This document shows positions 40,201 through 55,244 of a DNA stretch of 64,000 bases, one piece after another (position 1 is the first letter of the stretch; each line of letters starts with the position of its first letter). Location: the NCBI RefSeq assembly GCF_009914755.1, contig NC_060943.1; one strand, written 5' to 3'. The notes below the pieces were generated by a model that did no database searches, was not told the DNA's origin, and was given only the letters and a program-made list of their open reading frames with translations. Both the position numbers and the translations under genes were made by a program. The stretch is from the human T2T-CHM13v2.0 reference genome, Homo sapiens.

Positions 40201-42445
40201 TAAAGTCTGCAAGTGGATATTCAGACTTCTTTGAGGCCTTCGTTGGAAGCGGGATTTCTTCATATTCTGCTTGACAGAAGAATTCTCAGTAACTTCCTTG
40301 TGTTGTGTGTATTCAACTCACAGAGTTGAACGATCCTTTACACAGAGCAGACTTGAAACACTCTTTTTGTGGAATTTGCAAGTGGAGATTTCAGCCGCTT
40401 TGAGGTCAATGGTAGAATAGGAAATATCTTCCTATAGAAACTAGACAGAATGATTCTCAGAAACTCCTTTGTGATGTGTGCGTTCAACTCACAGAGTTTA
40501 ACCTTTCTTTTCATAGAGCAGTTAGGAAACACTCTGTTTGTAAAGTCTGCAAGTGGATATTCAGACATCCTTGAGGCTTTCGTTGGAAACGGGATTTCTT
40601 CATATTCTGCTAGAAAGAAGAATTCTCAGTAACTTCCTTGTGTTGTGTGTATTCAACTCACAGAGTTGAATGATCCTTTACACAGAACAGTCTTGAAACA
40701 CTCTTTTTGTGGAATTTGCAAGTGGAGATTTCAGCCGCTTTGAGGTCAATGGTAGAATAGGAAATACCTTCCTATAGAAACTAGACAGAATGATTCTCAG
40801 AAACTCCTTTGTGATGTGTGCGTTCAACTCACAGAGTTTAACCTTTCTTTTCATAGAGCAGTTAGGAAACACTCTGTTTGTAAAGTCTGCAAGTGGATAT
40901 TCAGACATCTTTGAGGCTTTCGTTGGAAACGGGATTTCTTCATATTCTGCTAGACAGAAGAATTCTCAGAAACTTCGTTGTGTTGTGTGTTTTCAACTCA
41001 CAGAGTTCAACGATCCTTTACACAGAGTAGATTTGAAACACTCTTTTTGTGGAATTGGCAGGGTGGAGATTTCAGCCGCTTTGAGGTCAATGGTAGAAAA
41101 GGAAATATCTTCGTATAAAAACTAGACAGAGTGATTCTCAGAAACTCCTTTGGGATGTCTGCGTTCAACTCACAGAGTTTAACCTTTCTTTTCATAGAGC
41201 AGTTAGGAAACACTCTGTTTGTAAAGTCTGCAAGTGGATATTCAGACCTCCTTGAGGCCTTCGTTGGAAACGGGATTTCTTCATATTCTGCTATACAGAA
41301 GAATTCTCAGAAACTTCCTTGTGTTGTGTGTATTCAACTCACAGAGTTGAACGATCCTTTACACAGAGCAGACTTGAAACACTCTTTTTGTGGAATTTGC
41401 AAGTGGAGATTTCAGCCGCTTTGAGGTCAATGGTAGAAAAGGAAATATCTTCGTATAAAAACTACACAGAATGATTCTCAGAAACTCCTTTGTGATGTGT
41501 GCGTTCAACTCACAGAGTTTAACCTTTCTTTTCATAGAGCAGTTAGGAAACACTCTGTTTGTAAAGTCTGCAAGTGGATATTCAGACCTCCTTGAGGCCT
41601 TCGTTGGAAACGGGATTTCTTCATATTATGCTAGACAGAAGAATTCTCAGTAACTTCCTTGTGTTGTGTGTATTCAACTCACAGAGTTGAACGATCCTTT
41701 ACACAGAGCAGACTTGAAACACTCTTTTTGTGGAATTTGCAAGTGGAGATTTCAGCCGCTTTGAGGTCAATGGTAGAATAGGAAATATCTTCCTATAGAA
41801 ACTAGACAGAATGATTCTGAGAAACTCCTTTGTGATGTGTGCGTTCAACTCACAGAGTTTAACCTTTCTTTTCATAGAGCAGTTAGGAAACACTCTGTTT
41901 GTAAAGTGTGCAAGTGGATATTCAGACCTCCTTGAGGCCTTCGTTGGAAACGGGATTTCTTCATATTATGCTAGACAGAAGAATTCTCAGTAACTTCCTT
42001 GTGTTGTGTGTATTCAACTCACAGAGTTGAACGATCCTTTACACAGAGCAGACTTGAAACACTCTTTTTGTGGAATTTGCAAGTGGAGATATCAGCCGCT
42101 TTGAGGTCAATGGTAGAATAGGAAATATCTTCCTATAGAAACTAGACAGAATGATTCTCAGAAACTCCTTTGTGATGTGTGCGTTCAACTCACAGAGTTT
42201 AACCTTTCTTTTCATAGAGCAGTTAGGAAACACTCTGTTTGTAAAGTCTGCAAGTGGATATTCAGACATCCTTGAGGCTTTCGTTGGAAACGGGATTTCT
42301 TCATATTCTGCTAGAAAGAAGAATTCTCAGTCACTTCCTTGTGTTGTGTGTATTCAACTCACAGAGTTGAATGATCCTTTACTCAGAACAGTCTTGAAAC
42401 ACTCTTTTTGTGGAATTTGCAAGTGGAGATTTCAGCCGCTTTGAG
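35022..42445 (+). repeat. Near-perfect tandem duplication, period 3740 bp
   Basis: 35022-38705 vs 38762-42445. Both copies share the 1-bp deletion TTTGAGGCTTCG (35131/38871), ATAATTTG, AGACAGCATG and CAGTCACTT/ACTCAGAAC. The ORF tracks are identical at offset 3740. Confidence 0.92.
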
Positions 42446-42660
42446 GTCAATGGTAGAATAGGAAATATCTTCCTATAGAAACTAGACAGAATGATTCTCA
42501 GAAACTCCTTTGTGATGTGTGCGTTCTACTCACAGAGTTTAACCTTTCTTTTCATAGAGCAGTTAGGAAACACTCTGTTTGTAAAGTCTGCAAGTGGATA
42601 TTCAGACATCTTTGAGACTTTCGTTGGAAACGGGATTTCATCATATTCTGCTAGACAGAA

Positions 42661-45600
42661 GAATTCCCAGAAACTTCGTTGTGTTGTGTGTTTTCAACTC
42701 ACAGAGTTCAACGATCCTTTACACAGAGTAGACTTGAAACACTCTTTTTGTGGAATTGGCAGGGTGGAGATTTCAGCCGCTTTGAGGTCAATGGTAGAAA
42801 AGGAAATATCTTCGTATAAAAACTAGACAGAGTGATTCTCAGAAACTCCTTTGTGATGTGTGCGTTCAACTCACAGAGTTTAACCTTTCTTTTCATAGAG
42901 CAGTTAGGAAACACTCTGTTTGTAAAGTCTGCAAGTGGATATTCAGACCTCCTTGAGGCCTTCGTTGGAAACGGGATTTCTTCATATTATGCTAGACAGA
43001 AGAATTCTCGGTAACTTCCTTGTGTTGTGTGTATTCAACTCACAGAGTTGAACGATCCTTTACACAGAGCAGACTTGAAACACTCTTTTTGTGGAATTTG
43101 CAAGTGGAGATTTCAGCCGCTTTGAGGTCAATGGTAGAATAGGAAATATCTTCCTATAGAAACTAGACAGAATGATTCTCAGAAACTCCTTTGTGATGTG
43201 TGCGTTCAACTCACAGAGTTTAACCTTTCTTTTCATAGAGCAGTTAGGAAACACTCTGTTTGTAAAGTCTGCAAGTGGATACTCAGACCTCCTTGAGGCC
43301 TTCGTTGGAAACGGGATTTCTTCATATTATGCTAGACAGAAGAATTCTCAGAAACTTCCTTGTGTTGTGTGTATTCAACTCACAGAGTTGAACGATCCTT
43401 TACACAGAGCAGACTTGAAACACTCTTTTTGTGGAATTTGCAAGTGGAGATTTCAGCCGCTTTGAGTTCAATGGTAGAATAGGAAATATCTTCCTATAGA
43501 AACTAGACAGAATGATTCTCAGAAACTCCTTTGTGATGTGTGCGTTCAACTCACAGAGTTCAACCTTTCTTTTCATAGAGCAGTTGGGAAAAACTCTGTT
43601 TGTAAAGTCTGCAAGTGGATATTCAGACTTCTTTGAGGCCTTCGTTGGAAGCGGGGTTTCTTCATATTCTCCTAGACAGAAGAATTCTCAGTAACTTCCT
43701 TGTGTTGTGTGTATTCAACTCACAGAGTTGAACGATCCTTTACACAGAGCAGACTTGAAACACTCTTTTTGTGGAATTTGCAAGTGGAGATTTCAGCCGC
43801 TTTGAGGTCAATGGTAGAATAGGAAATATCTTCCTATAGAAACTAGACAGAATGATTCTCAGAAACTCCTTTGTGATGTGTGCGTTCAACTCACAGAGTT
43901 TAACCTTTCTTTTCATAGAGCAGTTAGGAAACACTCTGTTTGTAAAGTCTGCAAGTGGATATTCAGACATCCTTGAGGCTTTCGTTGGAAACGGGATTTC
44001 TTCATATTCTGCTAGAAATAAGAATTCTCAGTAACTTCCTTGTGTTGTGTGTATTCAACTCACAGAGTTGAACGATCCTTTACACAGAGCAGACTTGAAA
44101 CACTCTTTTTGTGGAATTTGCAAGTGGAGATATCAGCCGCTTTGAGGTCAATGGTAGAATAGGAAATATCTTCCTATAGAAACTAGACAGAATGATTCTC
44201 AGAAACTCCTTTGTGATGTGTGCGTTCAACTCACAGAGTTTAACCTTTCTTTTCATAGAGCAGTTAGGAAACACTCTGTTTGTAAAGTCTGCAAGTGGAT
44301 ATTCAGACATCTTTGAGGCCTTCGTTGGAAACGGGATTTCTTCATGTTCTGCTAGACAGAAGAATTCTCAGAAACTTCCTTGTGTTGAGTGTTTTCAACT
44401 CACAGAGTTGAACGATGCTTTACACAGAGTAGACTTGAAACACTCTTTTTGTGTAATTTGCAAGTGGAGATTTCAGCCGCTTTGAGGTCAATGGTAGAAA
44501 AGGAAATATCTTCGTATAAAAACTAGACAGAATGATTCTCAGAAACTCCTTTGTGATGTGTGCGTTCAACTCACAGAGTTTAACCTTTCTTTTCATAGAG
44601 CAGTTAGGAAACACTCTGTTTGTAAAGTCTGCAAGTGGATATACAGACCTCTTTGAGGCCTTCGTTGGAAACGGGATTTCTTCATATTCTGCTAGAGAGA
44701 AGAATTCTCAGTAACTTCATTGTGTTGTGTGTATTCAACTCACAGATTTCAACGATCCTTTACACAGAGCAGACTTGAAACACTCTTTTTCTGGAATTTG
44801 CAAGTGGAGATTTCAGCCGCTTTGAGGTCAATGGTAGAATAGGAAATATCTTCCTATAGAAAATAGACAGAATGATTCTCAGAAACTCCTTTGTGATGTG
44901 TGCGTTCAACTCACAGAGTTTAACCTTTCTTTTCATAGAGCAGTTAGGAAACACTCTGTTTGTAAAGTCTGCAAGTGGATATTCAGACCTCCTTGAGGCC
45001 TTCGTTGGAAACGGGATTTCTACATATTATGCTAGACAGAAGAATTCTCAGTAACTTCCTTGTGTTGTGTGTATTCAACTCATAGAGTTGAACGATCCTT
45101 TACACAGAGCAGACTTGAAACACTCTTTTTGTGGAATTTGCAAGTGGAGATTTCAGCCTCTTTGAGGTCAATGGTAGAATAGGAAATATCTTCCTATAGA
45201 AACTAGACAGAATGATTCTGAGAAACTCCTTTGTGATGTGTGCATTCAACTCACAGAGTTTAACCTTTCTTTTCATAGAGCAGTTAGGAAACACTCTGCT
45301 TGTAAAGTCTGCAAGTGGATACTCAGACCTCCTTGAGGCCTTCGTTGGAAACGGGATTTCTTCCTATTATGCTAGACAGAAGAATTCTCAGTAACTTCCT
45401 TGTGTTGTGTGTATTCAACTCACAGAGTTGAATGATCCTTTACACAGAGCAGACTTGAAACACTCTTTTTGTGGAATTTGCAACCGGAGATTTCAGCCGC
45501 TTTGAGTTCAATGGTAGAATAGGAAATATCTCCTTATAGAAACTAGACAGAATGATTCTCAGAAACTCCTTTCTGATGTGTGCGTTCAACTCACAGAGTT

Positions 45601-46401
45601 CAACCTTTCTTTTCATAGAGCAGTTGGGAAACACTCTGTTTGTAAAGTCTGCAAGTGGATATTCAGACTTCTTTGAGGCCTTCGTTGGAAGCGGGATTTC
45701 TTCATATTCTGCTTGACAGAAGAATTCTCAGTAACTTCCTTGTGTTGTGTGTATTCAACTCACAGAGTTGAACGATCCTTTACACAGAGCAGACTTGAAA
45801 CACTCTTTTTGTGGAATTTGCAAGTGGAGATTTCAGCCGCTTTGAGGTCAATGGTAGAATAGGAAATATCTTCCTATAGAAACTAGACAGAATGATTCTC
45901 AGAAACTCCTTTGTGATGTGTGCGTTCAACTCACAGAGTTTAACCTTTCTTTTCATAGAGCAGTTAGGAAACACTCTGTTTGTAAAGTCTGCAAGTGGAT
46001 ATTCAGACATCCTTGAGGCTTTCGTTGGAAACGGGATTTCTTCATATTCTGCTAGAAAGAAGAATTCTCAGTAACTTCCTTGTGTTGTGTGTATTCAACT
46101 CACAGAGTTGAATGATCCTTTACACAGAACAGTCTTGAAACACTCTTTTTGTGGAATTTGCAAGTGGAGATTTCAGCCGCTTTGAGGTCAATGGTAGAAT
46201 AGGAAATACCTTCCTATAGAAACTAGACAGAATGATTCTCAGAAACTCCTTTGTGATGTGCGCTTTCAACTCACAGAGTTTAACCTTTCTTTTCATAGAG
46301 CAGTTAGGAAACACTCTGTTTGTAAAGTCTGCAAGTGGATATTCAGACATCTTTGAGGCTTTCGTTGGAAACGGGATTTCTTCATATTCTGCTAGACAGA
46401 A
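42661..46401 (+). repeat. 22-mer (11-dimer) super-repeat, reference copy
   Basis: 3741 bp. Ordered markers: GGCAGGGTGG; GATACTC; TTGGGAAAAA/GAAGCGGGG; CATCC; GATATC/CATGTTC; GATGC/GTAAT/TATACAG; CATTG/TTCTGG/CTACA; CTGAG/CTGCTTG; CTTGACAG; CATCC; GAACAGTC/ATACC. Confidence 0.88.
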
Positions 46402-49400
46402 GAATTCTCAGAAACTTCGTTGTGTTGTGTGTTTTCAACTCACAGAGTTCAACGATCCTTTACACAGAGTAGATTTGAAACACTCTTTTTGTGGAATTGG
46501 CAGGGTGGAGATTTCAGCCGCTTTGAGGTCAATGGTAGAAAAGGAAATATCTTCGTATAAAAACTAGACAGAGTGATTCTCAGAAACTCCTTTGGGATGT
46601 CTGCGTTCAACTCACAGAGTTTAACCTTTCTTTTCATAGAGCAGTTAGGAAACACTCTGTTTGTAAAGTCTGCAAGTGGATATTCAGACCTCCTTGAGGC
46701 CTTCGTTGGAAACGGGATTTCTTCATATTCTGCTATACAGAAGAATTCTCAGAAACTTCCTTGTGTTGTGTGTATTCAACTCACAGAGTTGAACGATCGT
46801 TTACACAGAGCAGACTTGAGACACTCTTTTTGTGGAATTTGTAAGTGGAGATTTCAGCCGCTTTGAGGTCAATGGTAGAAAAGGAAATATCTTCATATAA
46901 AAACTAGACAGAATGATTCTCACAAACTCCTTTGTGATGTGTGCGTTCAACTTACAGAGTTTAACCTTTCTTTTCATAGAGCAGTTAGGAAACACTCTGT
47001 TTGTAAAGTCTGCAAGTGGATATTCAGACCTCTTTGAGGCCTTCGTTGGAAACGGGATTTCTTCATATTATGCTAGACAGAAGAATTCTCAGTAACTTCC
47101 TTGTGTTGTGTGTATTCAACTCACAGAGTTGAACGATCCTTTACACAGAGCAGACTTGAAACACTCTTTTTGTGGAATTTGCAAGTGGAGATATCAGCCG
47201 CTTTGAGGTCAATGGTAGAAAAGGAAATATCTTCGTATAAAAACTACACAGAATGATTCTCAGAAACTCCTTTGTGATGTGTGCGTTCAACTCACAGAGT
47301 TTAACCTTTCTTTTCATAGAGCAGTTAGGAAACACTCTGTTTGTAAAGTCTGCAAGTGGATATTCAGACCTCCTTGAGGCCTTCGTTGGAAACGGGATTT
47401 CTTCATATTATGCTAGACACAAGAATTCTCAGTAACTTCCTTGTGTTGTGTGTATTCAACTCACAGAGTTGAACGATCCTTTACACAGAGCAGACTTGAA
47501 ACACTCTTTTTGTGGAATTTGCAAGTGGAGATTTCAGCCGCTTTGAGGTCAATGGTAGAATAGGAAATATCTTCCTATAGAAACTAGACAGAATGATTCT
47601 GAGAAACTCCTTTGTGATGTGTGCGTTCAACTCACAGAGTTTAACCTTTCTTTTCATAGAGCAGTTAGGAAACACTCTGTTTGTAAAGTGTGCAAGTGGA
47701 TATTCAGACCTCCTTGAGGCCTTCGTTGGAAACGGGATTTCTTCATATTATGCTAGACAGAAGAATTCTCAGTAACTTCCTTGTGTTGTGTGTATTCAAC
47801 TCACAGAGTTGAACGATCCTTTACACAGAGCAGACTTGAAACACTCTTTTTGTGGAATTTGCAAGTGGAGATATCAGCCGCTTTGAGGTCAATGGTAGAA
47901 TAGGAAATATCTTCCTATAGAAACTAGACAGAATGATTCTCAGAAACTCCTTTGTGATGTGTGCGTTCAACTCACAGAGTTTAACCTTTCTTTTCATAGA
48001 GCAGTTAGGAAACACTCTGTTTGTAAAGTCTGCAAGTGGATATTCAGACCTCCTTGAGGCCTTCGTTGGAAACGGGATTTCTACATATTATGCTAGACAG
48101 AAGAATTCTCAGTAACTTCCTTGTGTTGTGTGTATTCAACTCACAGAGTTGAACGATCCTTTACACAGAGCAGACTTGAAACACTCTTTTTGTGGAATTT
48201 GCAAGTGGAGATTTCAGCCTCTTTGAGGTCAATGGTAGAATAGGAAATATCTTCCTATAGAAACTAGACAGAATGATTCTCAGAAACTCCTTTGTGATGT
48301 GTGCGTTCAACTCACAGAGTTTAACCTTTCTTTTCATAGAGCAGTTAGGAAACACTCTGTTTGTAAAGTCTGCAAGTGGATATTCAGACCTCCTTGAGGC
48401 CTTCGTTGGAAACGGGATTTCTTCATATTCTGCTATACAGAAGAATTCTCAGAAACTTCCTTGTGTTGTGTGTATTCAACTCACAGAGTTGAACGATCGT
48501 TTACACACAGCAGACTTGAGACACTCTTTTTGTGGAATTTGTAAGTGGAGATTTCAGCCGCTTTGAGGTCAATGGTAGAAAAGGAAATATCTTCATATAA
48601 AAACTAGACAGAATGATTCTCAGAAACTCCTTTGTGATGTGTGCGTTCAACTCACAGAGTTTAACCTTTCTTTTCATAGAGCAGTTAGGAAACACTCTGT
48701 TTGTAAATTCTGCAAGTGGATATTCAGACCTCTTTGAGGCCTTCGTTGGAAACGGGATTTCTTCATATTATGCTAGACAGAAGAATTCTCAGTAACTTCC
48801 TTGTGTTGTGTGTATTCAACTCACAGAGTTGAACGATCCTTTACACAGAGCAGACTTGAAACACTCTTTTTGTGGAATTTGCAAGTGGAGATTTCAGCCG
48901 CTTTGAGGTCAATGGTAGAAAAGGAAATATCTTCGTATAAAAACTAGACAGAATGATTCTCAGAAACTCCTTAGTGATGTGTGCGTTCAACTCACAGAGT
49001 TTAACCTTTCTTTTCATAGAGCAGTTAGGAAACACTCTGTTTGTAAAGTCTGCAAGTGGATATTCAGACCTCCTTGAGGCCTTCGTTGGAAACGGGATTT
49101 CTTCATATTATGCTAGACACAAGAATTCTCAGTAACTTCCTTGTGTTGTGTGTATTCAACTCACAGAGTTGAACGATCCTTTACACAGAGCAGACTTGAA
49201 ACACTCTTTTTGTGGAATTTGCAAGTGGAGATTTCAGCCGCTTTGAGTTCAATGGTAGAATAGGAAATATCTTCCTATAGAAACTAGACAGAATGATTCT
49301 CAGAAACTCCTTTGTGATGTGTGCGTTCAACTCACAGAGTTTAACCTTTCTTTTCATAGAGCAGTTAGGAAACACTCTGTTTGTAAAGTCTGCAAGTGGA

Positions 49401-52183
49401 TATTCAGACATCTTTGAGGCTTTCGTTGGAAACGGGATTTCTTCATATTCTGCTAGACAGAAGAATTCTCAGTAACTTCCTTGTGTTGTGTGTATTCAAC
49501 TCACAGAGTTGAACGATCCTTTACACAGAGCAGACTTGAAACACTCTTTTTGTGGAATTTGCAAGTGGAGATTTCAGCCGCTTTGAGGTCAATGGTAGAA
49601 TAGGAAATATCTTCCTATAGAAACTAGACAGAATGATTCTCAGAAACTCCTTTGTGATGTGTGCGTTCAACTCACAGAGTTTAACCTTTCTTTTCATAGA
49701 GCAGTTAGGAAACACTCTGTTTGTAAAGTCTGCAAGTGGATATTCAGACATCCTTCAGGCTTTCGTTGGAAACGGGATTTCTTCATATTCTGCTAGAAAG
49801 AAGAATTCTCAGTAACTTCCTTGTGTTGTGTGTATTCAACTCACTGAGTTGAATGATCCTTTACACAGAACAGTCTTGAAACACTCTTTTTGTGGAATTT
49901 GCAAGTGGAGATTTCAGCCGCTTTGATGTCAATGGTAGAATAGGAAATATCTTCCTATAGAAACTAGACAGAATGATTCTCAGAAACTCCTTTGTGATGT
50001 GTGCGTTCAACTCACAGAGTTCAACCTTTCTTTTCATAGAGCAGTTAGGAAACACTCTGTTTGTAAAGTCTGCAAGTGGATATTCAGACATCTTTGAGGC
50101 TTTCGTTGGAAACGGGATTTCTTCATATTCTGCTAGACAGAAGAATTCTCAGAAACTTCGTTGTGTTGTGTGTTTTCAACTCACAGAGTTCAACGATCCT
50201 TTACACAGAGTAGACTTGAAACACTCTTTTTGTGGAATTGGCAGGGTGGAGATTTCAGCCGCTTTGAGGTCAATGGTAGAAAAGGAAATATCTTCGTATA
50301 AAAACTAGACAGAGTGATTCTCAGAAACTCCTTTGTGATGTCTGCGTTTAACTCACAGAGTTTAACCTTTCTTTTCATAGAGCAGTTAGGAAACACTCTG
50401 TTTGTAAAGTCTGCAAGTGGATATTCAGACCTCCTTGAGGCCTTCGTTGGAAACGGGATTTCTTCATATTATGCTAGACACAAGAATTCTCAGTAACTTC
50501 CTTGTGTTGTGTGTATTCAACTCACAGAGTTGAACGATCCTTTACACAGAGCAGACTTGAAACACTCTTTTTGTGGAATTTGCAAGTGGAGATTTCAGCC
50601 GCTTTGAGGTCAATGGTAGAATAGGAAATATCTTCCTATAGAAACTAGACAGAATGATTCTCAGAAACTCCTTTGTGATGTGTGCGTTCAACTCACAGAG
50701 TTTAACCTTTCTTTTCATAGAGCAGTTAGGAAACACTCTGTTTGTAAAGTCTGCAAGTGGATACTCAGACCTCCTTGAGGCCTTCGTTGGAAACGGGATT
50801 TCTTCATATTATGCTAGACAGAAGAATTCTCAGAAACTTCCTTGTGTTGTGTGTATTCAACTCACAGAGTTGAACGATCCTTTACACAGAGCAGACTTGA
50901 AACACTCTTTTTGTGGAATTTGCAAGTGGAGATTTCAGCCGCTTTGAGTTCAATGGTAGAATAGGAAATATCTTCCTATAGAAACTAGACAGAATGATTC
51001 TCAGAAACTCCTTTGTGATGTGTGCGTTCAACTCACAGAGTTCAACCTTTCTTTTCATAGAGCAGTTGGGAAAAACTCTGTTTGTAAAGTCTGCAAGTGG
51101 ATATTCAGACTTCTTTGAGGCCTTCGTTGGAAGCGGGGTTTCTTCATATTCTGCTAGACAGAAGAATTCTCAGTAACTTCCTTGTGTTGTGTGTATTCAA
51201 CTCACAGAGTTGAACGATCCTTTACACAGAGCAGACTTGAAACACTCTTTTTGTGGAATTTGCAAGTGGAGATTTCAGCCGCTTTGAGGTCAATGGTAGA
51301 ATAGGAAATATCTTCCTATAGAAACTAGACAGAATGATTCTCAGAAACTCCTTTGTGATGTGTGCGTTCAACTCACAGAGTTTAACCTTTCTTTTCATAG
51401 AGCAGTTAGGAAACACTCTGTTTGTAAAGTCTGCAAGTGGATATTCAGACATCTTTGAGGCTTTCGTTGGAAACGGGATTTCTTCATATTCTGCTAGACA
51501 GAAGAATTCTCAGTAACTTCCTTCTGTTGTGTGTATTCAACTCACAGAGTTGAACGATCCTTTACACAGAGCAGACTTGAAACACTCTTTTTGTGGAATT
51601 TGCAAGTGGAGATTTCAGCCGCTTTGAGGTCAATGGTAGAATAGGAAATATCTTCCTATAGAAACTAGACAGAATGATTCTCAGAAACTCCTTTGTGATG
51701 AGTGCGTTCAACTCACAGAGTTTAACCTTTCTTTTCATAGAGCAGTTAGGAAACACTCTGTTTGTAAAGTCTGCAAGTGGATATTCAGACATCCTTGAGG
51801 CTTTCATTGGAAACGGGATTTCTTCATATTCTGCTAGAAAGAAGAATTCTCAGTAACTTCCTTGTGTTGTGTGTATTCAACTCACTGAGTTGAATGATCC
51901 TTTACACAGAACAGTCTTGAAACACTCTTTTTGTGGAATTTGCTAGTGGAGATTTCAGCCGCTTTGATGTCAATGGTAGAATAGGAAATATCTTCCTATA
52001 GAAACTAGACAGAATGATTCTCAGAAACTCCTTTGTGATGTGTGCGTTCAACTCACAGAGTTTAACCTTTCTTTTCATAGAGCAGTTAGGAAACACTCTG
52101 TTTGTAAAGTCTGCAAGTGGATATTCAGACATCTTTGAGGCTTTCGTTGGAAACGGGATTTCTTCATATTCTGCAAGACAGAA

Positions 52184-55100
52184 GAATTCTCAGAAACTTC
52201 GTTGTGTTGTGTGTTTTCAACTCACAGAGTTCAACGATCCTTTACACAGAGTAGACTTGAAACACTCTTTTTGTGGAATTGGCAGGGTGGAGATTTCAGC
52301 CGCTTTGAGGTCAATGGTAGAAAAGGAAATATCTTCGTATAAAAACTAGACAGAGTGATTCTCAGAAACTCCTTTGTGATGTCTGCGTTTAACTCACAGA
52401 GTTTAACCTTTCTTTTCATAGAGCAGTTAGGAAACACTCTGTTTGTAAAGTCTGCAAGTGGATATTCAGACCTCCTTGAGGCCTTCGTTGGAAACGGGAT
52501 TTCTTCATATTATGCTAGACAGAAGAATTCTCAGTAACTTCCTTGTGTTGTGTGTATTCAACTCACAGAGTTGAACGATCCTTTACACAGAGCAGACTTG
52601 AAACACTCTTTTTGTGGAATTTGCAAGTGGAGATTTCAGCCGCTTTGAGGTCAATGGTAGAATAGGAAATATCTTCCTATAGAAACTAGACAGAATGATT
52701 CTCAGAAACTCCTTTGTGATGTGTGCGTTCAACTCACAGAGTTTAACCTTTCTTTTCATAGAGCAGTTAGGAAACACTCTGTTTGTAAAGTCTGCAAGTG
52801 GATACTCAGACCTCCTTGAGGCCTTCGTTGGAAACGGGATTTCTTCATATTATGCTAGACAGAAGAATTCTCAGAAACTTCCTTGTGTTGTGTGTATTCA
52901 ACTCACAGAGTTGAACGATCCTTTACACAGAGCAGACTTGAAACACTCTTTTTGTGGAATTTGCAAGTGGAGATATCAGCCGCTTTGAGGTCAATGGTAG
53001 AATAGGAAATATCTTCCTATAGAAACTAGACAGAATGATTCTCAGAAACTCCTTTGTGATGTGTGCGTTCAACTCACAGAGTTTAACCTTTCTTCTCATA
53101 GAGCAGTTAGGAAACACTCTGTTTGTAAAGTCTGCAAGTGGATATTCAGACATCTTTGAGGCCTTCGTTGGAAACGGGATTTCTTCATGTTCTGCTAGAC
53201 AGAAGAATTTTCAGAAACTTCCTTGTGTTGAGTGTTTTCAACTCACAGAGTTGAACGATGCTTTACACAGAGTAGACTTGAAACACTCTTTTTGTGTAAT
53301 TTGCAAGTGGAGATTTCAGCCGCTTTGAGGTCAATGGTAGAAAAGGAAATATCTTCGTATAAAAACTAGACAGAATGATTCTCAGAAACTCCTTTGTGAT
53401 GTGTGCGTTCAACTCACAGAGTTTAACCTTTCTTTTCATAGAGCAGTTAGGAAACACTCTGTTTGTAAAGTCTGCAAGTGGATATACAGACCTCTTTGAG
53501 GCCTTCGTTGGAAACCGGATTTCTTCATATTCTGCTAGAGAGAAGAATTCTCAGTAACTTCATTGTGTTGTGTGTATTCAACTCACAGATTTCAACGATC
53601 CTTTACACAGAGCAGACTTGAAACACTCTTTTTCTGGAATTTGCAAGTGGAGATTTCAGCCGCTTTGAGGTCAATGGTAGAATAGGAAATATCTTCCTAT
53701 AGAAACTAGACAGAATGATTCTCAGAAACTCCTTTGTGATGTGTGCGTTCAAATCACAGAGTTTAACCTTTCTTTTCATAGAGCAGTTAGGAAACACTCT
53801 GTTTGTAAAGTCTGCAAGTGGATATTCAGACCTCCTTGAGGCCTTCGTTGGAAACGGGATTTCTACATATTATGCTAGACAGAAGAATTCTCAGTAACTT
53901 CCTTGTGTTGTGTGTATTCAACTCACAGAGTTGAACGATCCTTTACACAGAGCAGACTTGAAACACTCTTTTTGTGGAATTTGCAAGTGGAGATTTCAGC
54001 CTCTTTGAGGTCAATGGTAGAATAGGATATATCTTCCTATAGAAACTAGGCAGAATGATTCTGAGAAACTCCTTTGTGATGTGTGCATTCAACTCACAGA
54101 GTTTAACCTTTCTTTTCATAGAGCAGTTAGGAAACACTCTGCTTGTAAAGTCTGCAAGTGGATACTCAGACCTCCTTGAGGCCTTCGTTGGAAACGGGAT
54201 TTCTTCCTATTATGCTAGACAGAAGAATTCTCAGTAACTTCCTTGTGTTGTGTGTATTCAACTCACAGAGTTGAATGATCCTTTACACAGAGCAGACTTG
54301 AAACACTCTTTTTGTGGAATTTGCAAGCGGAGATTTCAGCCGCTTTGAGTTCAATGGTAGAATAGGAAATATCTTCTTATAGAAACTAGACAGAATGATT
54401 CTCAGAAACTCCTTTGTGATGTGTGCGTTCAACTCACAGAGTTCAACCTTTCTTTTCATAGAGCAGTTGGGAAACACTCTGTTTGTAAAGTCTGCAAGTG
54501 GATATTCAGACTTCTTTGAGGCCTTCGTTGGAAGCGGGATTTCTTCATATTCTGCTTGACAGAAGAATTCTCAGTAACTTCCTTGTGTTGTGTGTATTCA
54601 ACTCACAGAGTTGAACGATCCTTTACACAGAGCAGACTTGAAACACTCTTTTTGTGGAATTTGCAAGTGCAGATTTCAGCCGCTTTGAGGTCAATGGTAG
54701 AATAGGAAATATCTTCCTATAGAAACTAGACAGAATGATTCTCAGAAACTCCTTTGTGATGTGTGCGTTCAACTCACAGAGTTTAACCTTTCTTTTCATA
54801 GAGCAGTTAGGAAACACTCTGTTTGTAAAGTCTGCAAGTGGATATTCAGACATCCTTGAGGCTTTCGTTGGAAACGGGATTTCTTCATATTCTGCTAGAA
54901 AGAAGAATTCTCAGTAACTTCCTTGTGTTGTGTGTATTCAACTCACAGAGTTGAATGATCCTTTACACAGAACAGTCTTGAAACACTCTTTTTGTGGAAT
55001 TTGCAAGTGGAGATTTCAGCCGCTTTGAGGTCAATGGTAGAATAGGAAATACCTTCCTATAGAAACTAGACAGAATGATTCTCAGAAACTCCTTTGTGAT

Positions 55101-55244
55101 GTGTGCGTTCAACTCACAGAGTTTAACCTTTCTTTTCATAGAGCAGTTAGGAAACACTCTGTTTGTAAAGTCTGCAAGTGGATATTCAGACATCTTTGAG
55201 GCTTTCGTTGGAAACGGGATTTCTTCATATTCTGCTAGACAGAA
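52184..55244 (+). repeat. 18-mer deletion derivative of the 22-mer
   Basis: 3061 bp between GGCAGGGTGG dimers. Same order as the 22-mer, minus two dimers (the TTGGGAAAAA dimer and the following CATCC dimer). Confidence 0.8.
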
